From: Octopus bimaculoides
Taxonomy: Eukaryota
Direction: 5' to 3'
DNA: 64,000 nt
NCBI RefSeq assembly: GCF_001194135.2
Contig: NC_068989.1
Coordinates: forward strand, 52,109,652 to 52,173,651
Below, one piece after another: positions 12,275-24,170 of the stretch (positions are counted from its first letter, which is position 1; each line of letters starts with the position of its first letter). A model generated the notes under the pieces. The model ran no database searches. It worked only from the letters and a program-made list of their open reading frames with translations, and had not been told where the DNA came from. Both the position numbers and the translations under genes were made by a program.

Positions 12275-12671
12275 NNNNNNNNNNNNNNNNNNNNNNNNNN
12301 NNNNNNNNNNNNNNNNNNNNNNNNNNNNNNNNNNNNNNNNNNNNNNNNNNNNNNNNNNNNNNNNNNNNNNNNNNNNNNNNNNNNNNNNNNNNNNNNNNNN
12401 NNNNNNNNNNNNNNNNNNNNNNNNNNNNNNNNNNNNNNNNNNNNNNNNNNNNNNNNNNNNNNNNNNNNNNNNNNNNNNNNNNNNNNNNNNNNNNNNNNNN
12501 NNNNNNNNNNNNNNNNNNNNNNNNNNNNNNNNNNNNNNNNNNNNNNNNNNNNNNNNNNNNNNNNNNNNNNNNNNNNNNNNNNNNNNNNNNNNNNNNNNNN
12601 NNNNNNNNNNNNNNNNNNNNNNNNNNNNNNNNNNNNNNNNNNNNNNNNNNNNNNNNNNNNNNNNNNNNNNN

Positions 12672-12728
<57 letters not shown>

Positions 12729-13484
12729 TTCAAATATGAAATAGAAGTAGCGACAATCACAACCTATCTGGCAATACATAGTGGGTATATTTTGAGTATG
12801 TGTGGTCGATAATATAGGTGTGTGTGTTTAAGCATGTACATGCATATGCAACTGAACTTGCATGGGCTGATTGAACGCCATAAAGTGCAGTATATCATCT
12901 TAAGAAATCATGTAACACACTGAGTGTTTAGCCAATGTTTGATTAAATATGTGTGATGAAATTCTTGTCTAGAATTTGGTATTTAGGCATCAATTGCTGA
13001 AAATGCAAAAATACACTGAAATCAAATGATATAATTGTGTTGACACCGGCAATGACGAAATTTGCCTGCCGATATAATCTGTGTTTCTCTAGCACTCTTT
13101 GTTAATTCGAGCTCATTTCTCGGGACCAAATATTGCAAGTACATTGATGTGAAAAGTATTCGTTACAAAGACTCCTTCCGTCACTAATAGTTAAGTTATA
13201 CGCAACCTACCAGTATATAGAAATCTCATTGAGCGTTTAGATAATGTTATCCTATATCGGTCTCGCGAAATTTCGTTCAAGCAATCGGGGTATTCCTGAA
13301 GATTTGAAAATATGTTGTAACCATCTAATACAGTCCACGTTGTGTTCGGTGATGATGAAAATCGTCTGCCTATATAGTCTATGCTTTGGGACACTTTTCA
13401 TCTATACTACAAGATTGCTCGTGAACACATATTGGTTTTTGATGCATTAAACCATGTTAAGTTTCAATTGCAAATTGATATTTG

Positions 13485-13560
13485 GCGTCTTCTATAGCCT
13501 CGTGCTGACGAAAGCTTTGTAGGTAGATTTCCAATAACACTGAGGTCAATTTTGCTCAGC
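13485..13560 (+). mobile_element. Short SINE fragment
   Basis: gtcttctatagcctcgtgctgacgaaagctttgtaggtagattt resembles the reverse complement of 62500-62560. Confidence 0.35.
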
Positions 13561-14504
13561 TCTGCGACAGAAAAACTTTAATTTTACCCCAAAATTGTTC
13601 TTCCAAAAGTAGAAAAAACAATATTATATGTATTAGTATTAGTATTGGTGTTGCTGTTAGAATCTTCGAAGCGTTATATTCTCTCTGTTTGTTGAAAGCT
13701 GAAAACCCCAAAACGTCGATTTGCATTTTTACAATGATTATGAAAAGTGCATATGAAATAGTGCAGTGAACATAACTGACGTTTACCTAAGCATAAAAAG
13801 TTTCAGGTCTAGTAACTATAGTGTGAAACAATCATTATTATTAAAAGTGTTCAGCCTTATGTCCAAATGGCCATTTATGTATTAGAAGAGAAAATGGAGA
13901 AATCAACATATAGAAATATTGACGCAATTCCAATTTCCAATAACCTCAATTTTTTATAACGTACCATTTTTTCCATGTTCAGTTAATTCAAATTACAAAT
14001 AATTGAATTAGATTAAATTAAATATGCATTCCGGCTATAGTGAATTGAGCATTTCACCAGGGTTAGAAATCGACATGAAAAAGAATCACATCTCAATGGA
14101 TTGAATTATCATTGATAGACTCAACATTAAATTCAAATATGTGTGCGTGTACTTACTAAAGCTTTAAAAAAAAACATTACTTGTGTATATGCAATTTTGT
14201 TTTATTTTTATTCAATTGTATTTGTGTGCGTATGCGTTTTATTATAATTGAAAACCAAAGATTGCATAAACAATATCTTCGTAACACTTAAATGGAAGTA
14301 AAACTATTTATTCTTAAATTTTCATTATTACTTATGAGAGTATAAAACGCCAGTATAGCTTTTTAATTACCTAAGAATTATTTTCCTAAGTCACTTAGTC
14401 ATAAATGCTAGTTTTAACAATTAATCACTAGTTTTTTAACTAATATTATTTAAATCATTATTTAAAATGACAGTTCGACATTGACTTCTATCCTTCCATA
14501 TCTA

Positions 14505-15830
14505 AGCCTCCCTCTTCCTCCTGAAGGCCCTAGCTTTTGATGGACATTTTACCAGCAGTATTGACCCTGATATCAGAATCCTCACGAATGCCAGAAAGTC
14601 AATTCTAGTCCATAACGATTCCTTCTAAGTGATGTTTAATGTATCTGGGGAGCATATAATCGCCGATTTCGCCGGGTTATACATTTTGTATATCTTTAAG
14701 AGACATACCCATCCACATAGGTCGGCCCTCCACACGGACGATGGCACAGCTATCTCAAGCCATATGAATGACCACGTCATGGACAGGTTCAGGAAGGACT
14801 TGATAAAAATATTCAAACAGTTTGGCCTGTCAATAACGGTTACTACCAACGTGACTAGGGTCGATTACTCGGATGTCACCTTAGACCTGAACACGGGCAA
14901 ATACTGCCCATACAGGAAGTCTAATGAAGAAATGGTATATATCGACAAGAGCTTAAACCGCCCCACCGCCATAATTAGAAACCTTGTTTCAGGCATTAAC
15001 AAAGTGCTGTCTAAATTCTCTACCAGCATGGAAATCTAACGATGCTTTGGCTAGAAGCAGATTTTCTGAGAACCTCGCGTATGCGGACGAACCCTTCTAC
15101 TTACACTAAATGAATTAGGAAAAGGAATATAATTTGGTATAACACCCCATTTTACCTAGAATTTTCTTCCTGTAGTTAACAATGAAGTATTCCCCAGAGG
15201 CTATAAATATTACATACCCTTCAACCTCCACAATGCCAAGGTAAACTACTTCTGCTTAAACAACATCGCATCTAACTTCGAAACCATCAACAAACTTAAA
15301 AACGCACCCTCACAGCCCCCCAACTCCAACTTGCAACTTCCAAAGCCCAAACACCTGCCCTCAAAAAGGCTCATTCCTTTCAAGGGCTGTAGTATAGAGA
15401 GCTTCTCGTAAACCATCCCATGACATGACTAGGAACTATACGGGAATGACAGCCAATGACTTCAAGAGAAGATACACGCAGCACTTGCATTCATCTGGAT
15501 ACAGGGAGGAGACAACTCTACTTCCCCGTCGCACTTCTGGAAACTTCGTGACCTCCGAGACGAAAAGCCCAGCATCAAGTGGACTATTGTCGACAGGTTG
15601 CACCACATTCAGCCGGCGCCCCTAATTGACAGCTGTGCCTCCGCGAAAAGCTTCACAAAATCTACCAATCTACAGTATCCATCAACAAGAAATATGTGGT
15701 ATCGTATTGCTGTTACCAGAGATACAAACATCTGGTAAATTTCAAGCCACAAGCCGCCGACAACCTGGGTGTACTTCCTTTGTACCAGCCACACCCAGCA
15801 CCACATGCAACAAGTTCACCGTGACAAATT
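14505..15830 (+). mobile_element. 5'-truncated Penelope-like element: RT C-terminal half plus GIY-YIG endonuclease (pseudogenised)
   Basis: RT motifs: NARKSIL, FAGLYIL, SALHTDDGTA (LYRDDGLA-like), VDYSDVTLDLNTGKYCPYRKSN. Endonuclease motifs: TCNFQSPNTCPQKG, RAVV, NYTGMTANDFKRRYTQHLHS, KWTIVD, CLREKLH. Stops and frameshifts are present. Confidence 0.85.
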
Positions 15831-16155
15831 AGCCCTCATGAACAGCACCGCAAATCATCAATCCCCAACAATTTGTCATGTCTGTCTACCCGCATACTTT
15901 CCAACCTTTGTATATTACCCCTAGTAATAAACATACAGGTGTTTATGCACATGCTTGAGTTCATATATGCTTCAGCTCGCATGTGGATGTGCTTACCGTA
16001 CGCAGAGAAGTGTGTGCACTGGGGTGCATGTACGCGCGTGGGCACCCATACACGTATACACCCGTGCGTGAATGTGCACTTGCACATATGTGTGCGCGCA
16101 AGCGAGTGTGCATGTGCTGGTGTGTATATATGCAGGTAGATAAAAGTGTGCACGC

Positions 16156-16193
<38 letters not shown>

Positions 16194-16249
16194 TTGAGTA
16201 TGCGCGTGATTGTGCGTGTCCGTGTGTGTGCTCACGCGGACGACTGAAT

Positions 16250-16625
16250 GTAAATCTACGCACACATACACAATCGTATATGTACGGACGTATGCACGGA
16301 GATATATGTTCATATGCATGTACACATATATATCCCACATCTACCACCCCTTCCTACATCCGCTAAACCACGACATCGATATCCTGTCCAGCACGCGGTT
16401 GAATTCCTTTTCTACATGCGGTATTTTCCAAGTAACTGTTGTCACTGTAATTACTAACTTCATACTGCAGGGCCGCTTAACCTTTCTCGACCAATCACAA
16501 CGTAACATCTAGTAGTAGAAATTGACTCGCTTAAATCGAATTCTCATTGAGACTCAATGGCGGAAGTGTAACGACATCCTTGAAACTGAGAGTACTAATG
16601 AATTTAAATCAAAGTGTTTTGTTTC

Positions 16626-16703
<78 letters not shown>

Positions 16704-16714
16704 ANNNNNNNNNN

Positions 16715-16762
<48 letters not shown>

Positions 16763-17550
16763 ATATATGTATATATGTATGTATGTATGTATGTATATGC
16801 AGTTAACCGAACCCTCTTGATTCATTACTTTTCTTTTTCTCGCCTACAATATAGTGTGTTATTCTCGGAGATTTTAAGGTGGTTATAGAGGCTTTAACGC
16901 CTATTTCCTGCAGTGCGTGGTGAGGTGTAAAGACAATTCCTTGTTATATATATATATATATATATATACCTGTAAATATATATATACATATACATGTATA
17001 TATGTATGTATATGTAATAATGTATGCATGCATGTATGTATGTATGTACATATGTATGTATATATGTATGTATGCATGTAAGCATGCATGCATGTATGTA
17101 CACATACATATGTATTCTCGTCTAAAATGAACAGCACCGCAAATCACCAATCCTCAACAATTGTTCATGCCTGTCTACCCGCATACTCTCATCTCTTGTA
17201 CAACTTTCCATAAAAATCGTCTTTGAAAATAAATGTATTTGCCATTGTGGAGAATCACAACACCTGACGTTGCAATAAAGGATCGCTGTGTGTGAAATAT
17301 TTAATTTGTCTTCTAACAATGCAGAAGCAAATTTTGATTCAAAAGTTTCAATAACCAATTCTTTTTGACAGCCATATTTTTTCTTGATATAAAATATTAC
17401 TGTAAATATTTAACGTTTTAAAATTATTAAAACCACACTTCTATTGGTATTCAAACATTTGGTATAGGAATTTAAAACGTTATTTCCAATAACCAAAATG
17501 AACAATCATTTTTATTACATGCATATCCAATGGCTTGTGTCGCTGACATT
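16250..17550 (+). repeat. Left arm of a long inverted repeat (microsatellite-containing)
   Basis: 16367-16625 aligns to the reverse complement of 20165-20432, and 17105-17550 to the reverse complement of 19505-19935. Identity is roughly 80% by eye in the best block. Confidence 0.85.
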
Positions 17551-18984
17551 ACACTTCCAGATTAAAGGTTTAACCATGCATTTCTGTCTTAGTTTGCATT
17601 AGCTAATGCAAACAGAGTTTCATAACTATGAATATAATTATTTTACCGATAACCTGTCAAAATTGTGGACTATTCTTTTATATAAAAGTTTGTGAAACTT
17701 TGGTTCTAGGCAAAAAAAAAAAATTCTAACTCATCGACAAGGCCAGTGATTTACATATAAAGATTGCAAACTGAATGTTATAACAAACTTAAATGCTGCT
17801 GGAAATTTACAATATTGCTGATACTTAGATTCAACCCGCTCTCAACATTGTAAATGTCAATTGTTAAACAAACGACAAGCGAAAATTAACCAACGATAAT
17901 TTTGTGCAGCTATTATGAACTACATATTTAAATGTTAAACAGCACAAAATGTTTGAAATTCTAAGGAGAAAAAGGCAAATATTTTTTGGAATACAGTTGC
18001 AATTGCCAGTTTCTAATTCTAACTCAAGCTATGTCCCACTTTTACTTCATAAATACTAATCAAGTACTGATACTTATTGACGATTTGGAGAGTTTGTAGA
18101 TATAATGAATTCTTTAGACATCTCTGCTGCGTACAGGCTTCCGATCGAAAATATCATTATTAATTTCCATTAAGGAACCTTTTAATAAGGAACGACGAAC
18201 TAAAAAGGATAAAAGTATAATTCACCCCGGGAGGATGCAATACCAAAATCTGCTCTTCAGAAGATTAACGCGTGGAAAAGAAAATATTACCATAATTTCT
18301 GGCATGACAACATATGAACTTAACGACACATATTGAAGGGTTAGGCGGTAGAATCCATATTTTATCTGTATTTGACGACAGGTTATGCCTGGAAACTTAA
18401 TGTTTTATTTCCCCATTATAGAGTAACATTAATCTGAAGAATCAACGGTGTTTACTTATTTTTTTCTCATGTCATTCTTTGTGAGATTCTAAGATTCCTC
18501 TTATTAACTATACAAGTCATTTTCTTGACACGCATATCTGCATAGTACTTATGGCATTTAAACGAGAGTAATGATGAGTGTAATAAATTTTAAAATAGGT
18601 TCCAGGCCATGAATTGATACCGTCATTTATACGATCTATATAAGATGAGGATTACTTCATACATTCCGGCTCTGTAAAATGAAAGTAATTTTCCAGTACT
18701 ATTTTCATTAGGAATATACAATGACATAACGAAAACTTGTATACATATTTTAGACTCTCCGCTCATTTATGCTTCTTTCCACGTTTAATCCTCGACCACT
18801 GATGATTTTCTGATTTTAAGTGAAAGCTATTTTATGTCCATTTAGATAAATTGTGTAGAGAATTTAATATCTTTTAATAATTATCGTTTACTCATATTTA
18901 TATGTTCTTTCATTCAAATTGGTCGTGTATGGGTAAGTAGAATATTAAAAAATAATTCAATCGTGATATTTAATATAATTATTC

Positions 18985-19181
18985 TTTTGTGTCTGGGGAG
19001 AGTCATTCCCTTTTAGTGCCTTATAATTTAACACACTCACTGGTAAAATTTCCACATTTCTTTAGGTTGCAATGCAACGAAAAGTTTGGTAAAATATAAA
19101 TAAGGAATAAGTGAAAATTTTACCGGTGTGTGTCTTAAATTATAAGGCACTAAAAAAGAATGAGTCTCCCCAAATACAAAA
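18985..19181. mobile_element. MITE-like palindromic element with 71-bp terminal inverted repeats
   Basis: 18985-19055 (ttttgtgtctggggagagtcattcc...ggtaaaatttccac) is a near-perfect inverse of 19111-19181, with a 55-bp spacer and no ORF. No TSD is evident. Confidence 0.85.
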
Positions 19182-19504
19182 ACTATAGCCAAATACTAAA
19201 ACGAAATTAATATAGTTTTCAGTTTAATATACGACCATGAAGACAAAGTTAGTTCTAATGCTCAAATATCTATTATTTTCAAAAAGGCTTGGGCGATTGC
19301 AAGCCTTGCTAAGACATCCCTTTACAAGCTAATTTTCAGCTAATTTACAAAGATAACGTGCCTGGTGTAATGATTCCGGCATATTTTCCTTTTTTTTTTT
19401 TTTTTTGACAATGCACCAAAACATTCAGGGAACTTACACGATATTTTTAATAATATGGAGTGAAATCTAACTGCAAACTCTCACGTTCTTACACCAGAAT
19501 AGAT

Positions 19505-20555
19505 CAACGGCACAAACCATTGGATAAGCATGTAATAAAAATTATTGTTCATTTTGGTTATTGGAAATAATGTTTTAAATTTCTATACCAAATGTTTGAA
19601 TACCAATGGAAGTGTGCTTTTAATAATTTTAAAACTATGAATGTTTATAGTAATATTATTATATGGAGAAGAAATATGCCAGTGAAGAAGAATTGGTTAT
19701 TGAAACTTTTGAGTCAAAATATGCTTGTGCATTGTTAATTAAATATTTAAGAGACAGCGATCCTTTATCGCATCGTCAGGTGTTGCGGGCATCTACAGCG
19801 ATAAATTATTTATTTTCAAAGATTTTTATGTAAACTTGTCAACTAGGTGTGAGGGTATGTGGGTAGACATGCATAAGAAAGTTACTGGAGATAGGTGATT
19901 TGCGGTGCTGTTCATTTTGGATGAGAATACATATGTATATACACGTACAAACATGCATGGGTACATACATACATACATACATACAGGCAGACAGACAGGC
20001 ATATACATATATATAACTATATATATATTTACATATATATGTATATATGGGAACATGTATATANNNNNNNNNNNNNNNNNNNNNNNNNNNNNNNNNNNNN
20101 NNNNNNNNNNNNNNNNNNNNNNNNNNNNNNNNNNNNNNNNNNNNNNNNNNNNNNNNNNNNNNATATATATGGATCAAAACAGCTTGATTCAAATTCATTG
20201 GTACTCTGAGTTTTAAGTGTGTTCCTAGTCTTACGCCATTGAGTCTCAATGAGAATTCGATTGAAAAGATTGAATTTTTACTATTGCGCGTTATTTTGCG
20301 ATTGGTCGAGAAAGGTCAACCGGTGTTGCAGTTTGAAGTTGGTAATGGCAGCAACAACAGTTACTTGGAATAGACAGCATTGTGAACAGGAAATCGACTG
20401 CGTAGTGGACAGGATACCGGTGTCGTGGTTGAGGGGAAGGAGCGATAGTTTCGGGAGTATATATGTATATATGGGAACATGTATATACCCATATATCTGT
20501 GTGCATACCTCCGTACTTATACGAGTGTGTGTGTGTTTGCGTAGATGTACGGAGC
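19505..20555 (-). repeat. Right arm of the long inverted repeat
   Basis: Reverse-complement homolog of 16250-17550 with the same block order; N-gap at 20064-20162. Confidence 0.85.
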
Positions 20556-22376
20556 GTCGTGGCTAAATTGCAGATGCACTATCGGTGAAAAATATTCAAA
20601 TGATGAATGAAAGCAAGCATTCATATAATAAGAATCTTGTGGTATGATAACAACAGCTAGCTACATATTTAAAAAATGCTTATATAAGCTCCCTTAAATT
20701 GACCTCAAATTGGTGCAAAGTATTTGGCATCTGTAAAGTATACGCTATACGCCTATACTGACAACGATTCAAATTGTTAACGTAACAAACTTTATTTAAT
20801 GAGTTCCTATACTGAATGAAACAAAAACAGACATTACCAAACTAGTTCTTAAATGAGTTGTACATTGAGATGGTGTGCCAAAAATCAGTGAAAGCTTTAG
20901 ATAAGTTCCTTAGCTCTCCAACAAATATCTGATGTCTATTAGGTACAAGTCACATAATAAGGGCGTTTCGTCGAAGTAAATTTCAATAGAACATCGTCTA
21001 TCATGCAGCATTCTACATTTATGCTGAGAATGCTATATACAATGATACCAAAATACAGTATTTTACTTCCTTGTACATTTCTCTCCAAATGATTTGTACG
21101 CATCCAAACCAAACTGTGTATGTCTAAAAACAGGTATTTTTAGTCACGGTATTGGTAATATTGATTTATTTCCTTTTTAACAGGTAATTCATGTGTATTC
21201 CTCTCCAATTATCATCAGAAAATATTTGGTTATTTCAAGAATTCCGTGTTACAGTAATATATTCAATGATGCATAACTCCATAATGAGGAAGATGTTTAT
21301 AATTGTATAAAATGCCAACTACATATCAAGAAATTTGTCGCCTGCTTCTACTGTTGCTAACACAATGACAAATATGAAAGAAGAGGAAAAAGGAGTTATG
21401 GTATTATCATAAAAACTGGTGCAGGTTGAACAAGTGACAGGCCGCACATTGTGAGACAGGAAATCACGAGAAAAAGTCAGTTAAATATTCAGACACATGG
21501 CGAAAAGCAGTGGAAGAGGAAGAGCTACAGGAAACAAGGATTTACTATTGAAAATACGAACACTGTAAGAATACTGTTAGTGAAAGGAATTATAGACAAA
21601 ACTTAAGAAAATAACTGATATAGAAATAGCGATTAAGGGAAAGAAAGGAAGTTCCCTTATATAATTGTAGGTGAAACCAGAAATAATACGATGAGATGGA
21701 TGTTCGCAACTGAAAAGCAGGAAAAATTGCGAGCTACACATTTGCAAGGGTGTGAGTGTTTATGTGCGTGTATGTAGGTGTACGCATGTGTGTGTGAGTG
21801 TGTATGTGTAAGTGTGTGTGTGTGTGTGCCTGAGTGCGTGTGTGTGTGTGTGCGTGCGTGCGCATGTGTTAGCATGCAACAAGTATTTGTTGATGTGTTG
21901 TATGCAAATGCAAAAGTGATTGGAAATAATAGTCATAGAACATACATTTTCTTGAGAACTGAATTTCATGATTTGCTATTTCAAAGGCACAAATACACAT
22001 TTACACATGCACACATTAGCAACAACCAACACACACACACACACACATCCACTCACACAAAGACAAACTCATACATGCACATGCATTCAATGTATATATA
22101 TACATATATATGCATATATGTAAACATACACAAATATATTATACATGCATATAAATATATATATATATATATATATANNNNNNNNNNNNNNNNNNNNNNN
22201 NNNNNNNNNNNNNNNNNNNNNNNNNNNNNNNNNNNNNNNNNNNNNNNNNNNNNNNNNNNNNNNNNNNNNNNNNNNNNNNNNNNNNNNNNNNNNNNNNNNN
22301 NNNNNNNNNNNNNNNNNNNNNNNNNNNNNNNNNNNNNNNNNNNNNNNNNNNNNNNNNNNNNNNNNNNNNNNNNNNN

Positions 22377-22417
<41 letters not shown>

Positions 22418-22751
22418 TCATTCTTTGTGAACTTTTCTAAAGTAGAGAGATATATGGGAATATTTAATTAAGCTTTAACACTTAGCAGAAGAAGGAAACC
22501 ATTGATTACTAATAATACAAAGTTAACTTTCCATTACCCATTTCGATAAATGTAAGTGCATTGAATAAGAAGCCATGTCGTTAGCATTAACAGAATGCAT
22601 GTGTATAACTTTCTTCGGCAAGATTTTCAATTAAGAATCCTAACTACGAAATGGAATATCGGAGTAACTAGCAATTATACGAAGTTTCCATTTTTAATGC
22701 CTCTATTATTGTGCATTACTTTAAAGGCGTCGTCGCCTTGAATAATAAAAA

Positions 22752-22835
22752 TAACAACAACAACAACAAGAACAGCAACAGCAACAACAACAACAACAAC
22801 AACAATAATAGTAATAATAATAATAATGATGATCA
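22752..22835. repeat. (AAC)n/(AAT)n trinucleotide repeat
   Basis: Directly visible. Confidence 0.9.
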
Positions 22836-22866
22836 TAATAATTAGAGATGAATAGGAGGAAAAGAT

Positions 22867-22905
22867 GAAGAAGAAGAAGAAGAAGAAGAAGAAGACGACG
22901 ACGAC

Positions 22906-22936
<31 letters not shown>

Positions 22937-23034
22937 AAGAAGAAGAAGAAGAAGAAGAAGAAGAAGACGACGACGACGAAGAAGAAGAAGAAGAAGAAGA
23001 AGAAGAAGAAGAAGAAAAAGAAAAAGAAGAAGAA

Positions 23035-23099
<65 letters not shown>

Positions 23100-23144
23100 A
23101 GAAGAAGAAGAAGAAGAAGAAGAAGAAGAAGAAGAAGAAGAAGA
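22867..23144. repeat. Long (GAA)n tract with GAC/GAG interruptions
   Basis: About 280 bp, directly visible. It is the source of the poly-K and poly-S ORFs. Confidence 0.95.
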
Positions 23145-23379
23145 ATGCTTGTGGATTTGAGATGTTTTGAAATTATGATATGAAGACATGCATAATGCTG
23201 CTAAGGTGAATGATTATTGCAGCACATTTCGATTTCTCACCACAGAGGCAGACAGTAGACTTAAAATAGGGGATCAAATGACATTTAATCGTATAATTAA
23301 TCATTAATCAGCAATGACAGAGACACGCTAGAATTCTCATTTATCAAACGTAATGGTCATGTTGACGTCAAACTTTCTG

Positions 23380-24170
23380 CGTATGCAGAAGACTACTGTA
23401 CAATGTCTTTATTTTGCGCCTGTTGCATGTCAGCCTATCCACCATCCAAGAAACATTCATAGATAAGAGAAGATTTCGGTGCCGAGGATTCAAAGTGGAA
23501 ATTTTCTGTTATGCGTCTCTGTTTAATTTGACCATCAATGTTTTTTTTTCCCTTTTATTTGGCATTCAGAACCGAAATTCCAATGACATTTCAAAAGTGC
23601 TGCATGAAAGTTACCTGCATGTTGCAGTAAATTCGTTTCAAACAAATATTTCCCCAGCCGCCTGTTGTAGCATTTAGATCCTTTGGGGATAACTGGCGAC
23701 ATTTGAAGAAAATCTGCAAAAAGAACTGTTACTCCTCCCTTGAGTGTGCTATTGTCTTTTATGTCTTGGAGAGTACACTCAAATACCTCAGGAGCTCCAC
23801 AATGCGGCAAGTTTGTTGGAGAATTGTTGCCATTGCAGAGGTTTTGGAAATGTTGCACATTTGAGATTCTTTCACTGCAAGGGTTAGAGGGAGCTTGAAC
23901 AGGAAATGATCAGTTCCTCCCCCATTGAGGAGGGTTGTTGCAATACCAGAAGATGCAACACTGGAAGAACTTTAGATTTTATTTCCTCCCATTTAGGATT
24001 GCAGGTGAAAGTGACAAAAAGATCTAGTTCTCCATATGTCCTGACATTTGCCAAAGCATATTGTGTTCGTTCGTGCATATATCGAAGACCACCTGTGGAT
24101 GACGATGGGAGGATTATTTGTTTCCCCATGTTTTGAATATCACCATCGGTCCACATAGCATCTTATAGAG
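23380..24170 (-). mobile_element. Internally deleted Helitron (Rep N-part fused to PIF1 helicase fragments)
   Basis: GKQIILPSSSTGGLRYMHERTQYALANVRTYGELDLFVTFTCNPKWEEI (Rep) is followed directly by VASSGIATTLLNGGGTDHFLFKLPL...CNISKTS and LQDIKDNSTLKGGVTVLFADFLQMSPVIPKG (PIF1), then NKDIV near the end. Confidence 0.9.

Noticed and set aside
14505-15830. Selenocysteine readthrough as in Naiad-type PLEs
   Set aside because: The stops include TAA and TAG alongside frameshifts, and the domain order is RT then endonuclease rather than the permuted Naiad order.
7932-15830. The two plus-strand PLE pieces as one split element
   Set aside because: The 7.9-kb piece is closed by its own 3' UTR and pLTR at 9033, and that sequence is unrelated to what follows 15830.
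20036-20490. Identical 29-bp gtatatatgggaacatgtatata block on both sides of the 20064 gap region
   Set aside because: It lies in low-complexity sequence next to a gap, so it cannot be separated from an assembly artefact.
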